This document shows positions 59,601-64,000 of a stretch of DNA of 64,000 nucleotides, in pieces. Positions within the stretch are counted from its first letter, which is position 1, and the number at the start of each line of letters is the position of its first letter. Origin of the DNA: a virus. Both the position numbers and the translations under genes were made by a program. Below the pieces are notes generated by a model. It had not been told where the DNA came from and did no database searches. It saw only the letters and a program-made list of their open reading frames with translations. Location: IMG/VR virus record IMGVR_UViG_3300021185_003522, positions 1-64,000 of that record; one strand, 5' to 3'.

Positions 59601-62600
59601 AGAACCAACTGTAACCTCTGCATTAGGAGCTCCAATTACTAACTGTCTACCATCAGTTGTAGTGCTGATACTTTGTCCTGCTAAGTCACCTGCACTAGCA
59701 CCTGATACTGCGATGCTAGATACAAAGTCCCAATGGTCTTTTGAATCAATCAGCAGTGTACCGCTGTTGATAGCTACTAATAAAGTGACCGTGGAACCTG
59801 CAAAGGTGTAATCAAATGTAGGACGTAAAAGAGCACCATTATAAAACACTGAAAAACTATAAATGTCGTTCACGGTAAAAAGTTTAGCTGTACTAAATGT
59901 TGTTGTTGGTACACTCGGTAGGTATGTAATGCCTTGACGTCTTGTTATAACAATAGTATCATTTTCATTTGGTGCACTCGCAAATCTTACCACTTGATTT
60001 GTACCTGAAGTTTGTACAGTAAAATCACCACCATCAGTTTGTGAAATGTTGTTTCTAGTCACTGCAATCTGGGTTTGTGCAGTTGCATTTACTGCACTAA
60101 CAACAATAGTGCCTGTGATAATAAAGTCTTTTGTTGTAGCATCGCCAACAAATTTAAGTGTTTGACTTTGCACACCAACTTTGTTATAGGCGTAAATTTT
60201 ATTATCTTCAGGAGCACTAATGTACAACCAACGCTCGTCGTCACTGACTGCAACATCTTGTCCAAACTTATCAGCATCAACAGTTCCTGTATTAAAAAGT
60301 TGTGTTTGTCGAAATTGGCCATTGCTACTATCACGATTTATTGCTACTGCATAACCTTTATTACTATCACTAGCTGGTGCACCGCTGACAATCCATTCAG
60401 TGTTTCCTACGCTTAAACTTGTACCAAACCCAGAAAACCCAGTTGCAGTTGGTTTCATTATTGAAACTTGTTTGTAGGTGTTAGTATCAGATTTACCAAA
60501 ACAGTATACAGCACCTGCTCCACTTACATGACCTGGAGCACCAACTGCTAAGCCTTGTCCAAGCAATCCTTGTTCAACTGTTGTGCCAAAAAGATCATCT
60601 TCTAAAGGTTGATCAGCATCAAGTTCTGTTGCAGTTCCAAAAGGATTTACTTTTTCTAGAACGGCCCAGTTCCCATCACCATAATCATCAACCCATACTT
60701 GGTTACCTGAAGCTATATTATTTGCAAAACTTAAACTTGCAACATCACTGGCTTGAGCTAGACGCACACTTTCAAGCGTAAAACATCTTCCGTCACCGGT
60801 AAGTGTTACTGTCTCTCCTGGAAGACTCAATGCAATGGTCAAGGTTTTCAGGCTAGGTACTGTGCTTACTATATAAGAACCGTCTACTAGTGTATTAAAA
60901 AATTTAATTATTATTCTAGCATTAGCCAACAATCCATGATTGGTATCAAAAGTCACTGTTAAAGTGTCGTTTAGATTATCAGTTACTGAAATTATTGTTG
61001 CATTTACTAAATTGGTACGATAAATGTTCCAATCGTAGCTGTTTGCTTTTGCAACCCAGATATTTGTACCTAAAGAAATATCATCAAGATTAGCAAGGAC
61101 ATTTGTTAGGTCATTATAATTAAAAACCTTAATATTTACATCGTCGTAATTTACATATCCTGCACTTGGTAATGCTACATCTTCTGGAATCTGCCCAACT
61201 GTTGGCAATATGTTTTTGCTTGTAATTTTATAACTTTGTTTCCATATGTTATCAACTAAAACAGTTTGATTAGCAGTTGATACTTCTTGTGTATCAATTA
61301 CTGCAATTGTGCTTGGATTAGATAAAAGTTTGCTTTCATCTGTTCTTAATTCAAAATAACTTCTATTTGCATTGGCACCATAGATACCACGTTGTATCGC
61401 CCAGTTTTCTCTGATTTCATATTCGGCTTCTTCTTTGCCAAGATAGGCACTCTTGAATTGCTCTGCGGCACCTAATGTGCCTTTTGTGCCTAGAAACTGT
61501 GAATACAATCCTGCTTGTGAAATGTCATCTAAGTTTAGATTCTGCATGTACTGTCTTGGACGGAAACCAATTAGTCCTAATCCTAGTAGTGTTGCATCGC
61601 TTTCTAAATTAGCAGTATGTATATCATAGTTCTCACGTAGTGCATTTGCTTTAGTAGCAAGGTTTGGTAACAAGCCAGTTTGTATTTGTGAATAGTCGCT
61701 TTTAATCCAATCTGCAAATACAAATGTTCCGCTTGGAGCTAGTAGTGTGGTAGCACTCCAATATGCATTTTTATAAAGAACTATCTGTCCTTTTGTATAA
61801 GATTGATTTGGCACCCATTCTCTAATGTTATCTTGGTTAAGTATAAAACCCTGAGCGTCTAAGGTACCATTCCAGTCAAAGACAGTATTGCCATTCACTA
61901 AAAGTCTATTTTGCCTTGCTCCTGTGATTGGCTGATATATTAAATCGTTGAATATACTTACATTGTCAAATACAATTATATGTTCATATGCAGTAAATCT
62001 TGCTAAAAGCAAACTGAAAGTATTATTATTCAATCCAATTAGTTTTAATTCGTTGCCCAGTCTTTCAACTGCATAATCTTTAGTTGTCATCGGAAGAAAG
62101 TTTTGATTTAGAATAATATCATTGATATTTTCATTTGTTAAACTTTCAACAACTGTATTTGGTTGTTCTAATTTTAGGATATTAGCGGCTGGATTTAAGT
62201 TTATAATACTTCCTTCAGTCCAACTCTGGTTTACCCAGTATAGAAACTCTTGCGACATCTGTGTCCAATTTATGATATATTCATTTTCTACAGTGTCAAA
62301 AGTTAAGCCTTTCTTAGTCAGTAATGCCCCATAGCTCACTAAAAAGTCAACTACAGCACTTGCATTTGTAAACACATAACCGTATGGTACTTGTCTCACA
62401 TTCTCGGTAAAACTTTCGGCTATACGAGTTGTTTGTCCAGCAACTGTTATTGTGCTAAATGTACCAGCATTGGCGCTTTGTAGTATTTCAAAATAAGGCT
62501 TTGCAGTTGAGTACCCTGCTACTGCATAACCACCGCTGACTCTTTGAACTGTCACTGCCGAATATTGTATTTCTGCTATACTAGGATTTTTATAGAGAAA

Positions 62601-64000
62601 TAGTTCATAACTTTCATCAGGTAATAAAAGACTGCTGTTTAGACTGTTAGGCGAAGATTTTTCTGAAAATATTTTTAAATAGTTTTGGTCGCTGAATGCC
62701 GCCATTCTGTAACATAATCTGACATCCATGTTGGACAAAGTATCACTTAACAATGTTGTACTATCTAAACCTGTTACTCTATTATAATCAATTATAAAAT
62801 TTATGTAACTTTTCTTAATTGTATTGTTGCCATAAATTTCTATAGTATCAGGATCAATACGGAATCTATTGTTATACAAATATTGACTAAAATCATTATT
62901 GTACTTGTATAAATCTCTATCAGCGAATAAACTAAAATATTGTGCAGGTTTTGTTAACGCTAATAATCTTTGTATAGCAAATGGATATGCACTACTTCTG
63001 CGCCACGCAGTTTCGGTTGGTCCCATATCGCCTGCTACCCAGGATTTAACAAAACTATTTCTGTCATAAGATCCAACTATTGAATCCATCGGCGGTAGTA
63101 AATTGCCTTGAGAGTCTGTTGGTAGTGCGTCGAGTAGTTGTGGTCTTACGTATTCTTTTCTTGTTACATTGCCTGTTGGGTATGCTACAATACCGTTGGC
63201 CATATCGCTCCATAATACTGTATTGCCTGATGTATATGGTGCTGGACCATAAATTGTTTGCCACCAGGAAGGTTCTTCGGTCAACCCAACCATTTCCCAT
63301 GGGCGAGTGTGCGGCGAATCAGTATCGTAGAGGTCAAAGTATATGCCTCTCCAAAATCCAAGCAAGGGTTTTTCAGATAATTTGTTTTCACTTTGACTGT
63401 AGTTCCATGTAAATTCGTTATCAGCAATATAGGTTTGATCTTTATATGGAACTCTATTTTCGCCAACCCACGTTAGAAAACTTGTATTGAGTATTGTCGT
63501 TACTTCGCCTAATGTATAATCTGTAGTTCGAAACTGCCCAGGTATAACATCAACGGCTTGTAATGGTAATGCATATCGATCATCTGCACTTACCTTGATG
63601 TTGTTATAAATTCGTTTTTCAAATTCTAAGAGAACATCGTTTCGATAATCACCTTGTTCGAAAGCAACAGTTAAACTTCCGTCGTGACCTTGAATCACGT
63701 TGGTTGGCGTCACATAGGTGTTATCTAAAAATTCGTATGGACGATATATTCCATACAGTCCCATCATACTAGGTGTAGCAGGTACATAACTTCCATAGGT
63801 AGTTGCGTACTCATTGATTGTGATAATATCACCATCAGCTAGTGTTATTCGATTTGTGTTAATTGTAATACGTGGACCATCTGTAGCAACAGTGTACTCA
63901 TATCCGTCACCGGTGAGTATTGTTTGTACTCCAGTGCTTATAGGTGTATAATAAACAAGTATACCTTTATAGTTTGCAGTTGTTAAATCGTAACTGAACA
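53616..64000 (-). CDS. giant virion structural protein (baseplate wedge-like) with FG-GAP beta-propeller; 5' end outside window
   Basis: Track gives 3383 aa from 63767, but the frame stays open to the window edge; contains VKPYH, GSGY repeats and seven FG...GAP-like repeats. Confidence 0.8.
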   Translation of the reverse strand, partial: FSYDLTTANYKGILVYYTPISTGVQTILTGDGYEYTVATDGPRITINTNRITLADGDIITINEYATTYGSYVPATPSMMGLYGIYRPYEFLDNTYVTPTNVIQGHDGSLTVAFEQGDYRNDVLLEFEKRIYNNIKVSADDRYALPLQAVDVIPGQFRTTDYTLGEVTTILNTSFLTWVGENRVPYKDQTYIADNEFTWNYSQSENKLSEKPLLGFWRGIYFDLYDTDSPHTRPWEMVGLTEEPSWWQTIYGPAPYTSGNTVLWSDMANGIVAYPTGNVTRKEYVRPQLLDALPTDSQGNLLPPMDSIVGSYDRNSFVKSWVAGDMGPTETAWRRSSAYPFAIQRLLALTKPAQYFSLFADRDLYKYNNDFSQYLYNNRFRIDPDTIEIYGNNTIKKSYINFIIDYNRVTGLDSTTLLSDTLSNMDVRLCYRMAAFSDQNYLKIFSEKSSPNSLNSSLLLPDESYELFLYKNPSIAEIQYSAVTVQRVSGGYAVAGYSTAKPYFEILQSANAGTFSTITVAGQTTRIAESFTENVRQVPYGYVFTNASAVVDFLVSYGALLTKKGLTFDTVENEYIINWTQMSQEFLYWVNQSWTEGSIINLNPAANILKLEQPNTVVESLTNENINDIILNQNFLPMTTKDYAVERLGNELKLIGLNNNTFSLLLARFTAYEHIIVFDNVSIFNDLIYQPITGARQNRLLVNGNTVFDWNGTLDAQGFILNQDNIREWVPNQSYTKGQIVLYKNAYWSATTLLAPSGTFVFADWIKSDYSQIQTGLLPNLATKANALRENYDIHTANLESDATLLGLGLIGFRPRQYMQNLNLDDISQAGLYSQFLGTKGTLGAAEQFKSAYLGKEEAEYEIRENWAIQRGIYGANANRSYFELRTDESKLLSNPSTIAVIDTQEVSTANQTVLVDNIWKQSYKITSKNILPTVGQIPEDVALPSAGYVNYDDVNIKVFNYNDLTNVLANLDDISLGTNIWVAKANSYDWNIYRTNLVNATIISVTDNLNDTLTVTFDTNHGLLANARIIIKFFNTLVDGSYIVSTVPSLKTLTIALSLPGETVTLTGDGRCFTLESVRLAQASDVASLSFANNIASGNQVWVDDYGDGNWAVLEKVNPFGTATELDADQPLEDDLFGTTVEQGLLGQGLAVGAPGHVSGAGAVYCFGKSDTNTYKQVSIMKPTATGFSGFGTSLSVGNTEWIVSGAPASDSNKGYAVAINRDSSNGQFRQTQLFNTGTVDADKFGQDVAVSDDERWLYISAPEDNKIYAYNKVGVQSQTLKFVGDATTKDFIITGTIVVSAVNATAQTQIAVTRNNISQTDGGDFTVQTSGTNQVVRFASAPNENDTIVITRRQGITYLPSVPTTTFSTAKLFTVNDIYSFSVFYNGALLRPTFDYTFAGSTVTLLVAINSGTLLIDSKDHWDFVSSIAVSGASAGDLAGQSISTTTDGRQLVIGAPNAEVTVGSVTSTDAGSVHFYDRSVERFQVTTASTTTQSFTTVDTPVGTPAVTVNGTYLVPSDNANDAQFTNSGTTITIGTSTNPYTLNVGDIVEIETNTFRLAQTVNATTVGGNYKFGSVVDVCSTNCSIYIAEPNDSLIVPEGGSVDRWINQSRLFGTITGTVTNPVLTATDSIRINNYYVTLTGTTVDSLVTDITTADIPNITATNVGGALQLTLVDIQAGEEFIKLQVAPGAGSAFADLGLKPIVYSQTIVAPIPNDYGHFGTSIKIDNSATTLVVGAPDSTANLPTTFDSNTTYFDSKSTSLTDPLDQSGVAYTYNFLPSANASATNPGKFAFGQQIFDTSIMSFDKFGSAVDYYDGVLLVGAPNDDLNDSSGDFGRVTQLVNPNKESAWKIRYNQQPIVDATLLNSVFTYNKINNEVTTYLDFIDPLQGKILGAAQANIDYTGGIDPAAYNTGDVNNYGTQWTSSYLGKIWWDLSTVRFIDYHQDTIEYKARRWGQLFPGSSVDVYQWTKNTVEPANYTGNGTVFSTTSYVITSELDSAGTFVTYYYYWVKGLTAVSSDKTLSASGIAQYIESPRSSGVAYSAAISQSTVSLYNCRNLFSASDTILHIEFDKIANNDNVHSEYDLITVGDNKSFLGDGLYRKFLDSFCGEDTLGNLVPDATLSIADKYGVSFRPRQSFFTNRFLALENYIKRANAIMKLYPISDSKSLKLLNSQEPEPTSASGEWNKRVLTYAELTYQDLRQVAVGYKYLVASDSTQEGLWTIYTVQADQTLMLSRVQNYDTKLYWSYIDWNGTNADFTTYSSVNESSYDVKVYSDLLALPNVKNGEWATVEANSFGKQEVYQYSTSTTEWTRVFLQDGTIAIDSTVYNYADGNFGFDVEVFDAQRFDQAPNIETRQILKALNEEIFTTDLQKFRNELLILTFEFIMTEQAAPDWLFKTSLIDVNHKIRDLIEYPIFRRDNQDFVSQYIQEVKPYHVQVREFNLRYEGEDTYNGSITDFDLPAYYDSLRGQFVSPILDDSENPKSLSALPSTSVVWQTFPWSQWFNNYKLQIKSVTVTNGGSGYTVPPQVTITGDATTQATMTATVNTAGVLVRVNLITQGSGYISTPTISITGGNGTGATAIAVLEPQQVRDFTTTIAYDRITYTSKVVDWTENTFYLAGQLIRFPVPTVGVVSATLPEVYSVDTNLTSGATFDPESYTKVDQSTLDGADRTIGLYTPEPNEPGRELAQVMSGIDYPGVQVQGPDFNQNTGYDVGNFDINPFDNIDFGPEGLPTYDPGILDVIYESVFSDTYLGTRSTDINVEGGEFIDLYSSHAPEELIPGSEFDTLDLKVYTRPGSDWSSDGHGFNIATTTIEFLGAGTVIDFTNTMLHPVGIEIVDFTTGQAIVNTAYTINWISKIVTLGATMPSAVGNTIGVKVFGLGGGSQLYKESFAGTEIASNTQTIPVTFSEINQMVIFNNGVVTTDYTYAASGSFFTKITFGSTIPSTAWITIVALGTTTPTQYSWSTPLVQYMTYDGSSLLDSLTNSLQGTNIANLVVNREGLRLRPPEGIEYTGDGSSAGPYYISTTGISNQALVSDNDMLVYVDNVKQNLAVDYNLSAWDGSSDRYIEFTVGSMPPANSDIKIFTTTEADYIVMGDQIELRVGAAANAVFGVFTYNDTAQQNILTKVFVGPTTSGVTTGDAYDEVPYDSSEFDKTIGTTIDTNDFNLGRLITSPERLIVTLNGVYIQQTEYNLSNSTNNITTLTLDRNTINGSDVLVVTMFTNTIVPNSLNFRIFQDMLGNQKLLRLNSNNTTELLQDITADADTIYFTDVTKLSEPNLSANLFGQVMVGAERITYRTRDTGSNSISGLRRGVAGTSAMSHVISTQASDVGPGEQLPSTYQQKTTTDKTNVGDGTTTRFTTSIIVPTGLDSTELAESVTVTVAGTVLVPDTDYTVTATDSTFTEITLTTAPEANVEVWFSQVTANVMYAQGTNTASNGIALQDQTTPAVKFLKS

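Noticed and set aside
54310-63466. Many 60-125 aa ORFs opposite or out of frame within the giant gene (and similar shadows across the window)
   Set aside because: They lie fully inside well-supported genes, lack RBS or motifs, and are expected antisense shadows of biased codon usage.

Overview
This window is an AT-rich, gene-dense segment of a large tailed dsDNA phage genome read in the standard genetic code. The host is probably a marine alphaproteobacterium, inferred from the RpoZ, Usg, MetK and TctA/TctC types. The left third (1-25.4 kb) is accessory: peroxiredoxin, Usg, ribosomal protein bL33, RNAP omega, two tRNAs, 2OG-Fe(II) oxygenases, a TctA/TctC-AsnB-PP-loop island, a MoxR AAA+/VWA pair and an Smr protein, many behind sigma70-type promoters that share an AGTTAGA box. 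The middle (25.4-50.4 kb) is thyX followed by a ~24 kb biosynthetic cluster: two SDR epimerases, a PIG-L deacetylase, a DegT aminotransferase, several glycosyltransferase-like genes, an amidinotransferase, a carbamoyltransferase and five N-terminal-twitch radical SAM enzymes, with MetK, MTA/SAH nucleosidase and SufT as support. A second glycosyltransferase/amidinotransferase module sits at 5.6-9.4 kb. The right end (50.4-64 kb) is virion structural genes, including a >3400 aa protein that runs off the window. The best candidate for an undescribed system is this aminoglycoside-like sugar-tailoring pathway, partly behind apparent leaderless late promoters (TAA[A/G/T]TA-N5-ATG) and adjoining the structural genes, which suggests virion or surface glycan hypermodification. 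Several unannotated structured ncRNA candidates also occur. All family calls come from motif recognition by eye; no database search was run.
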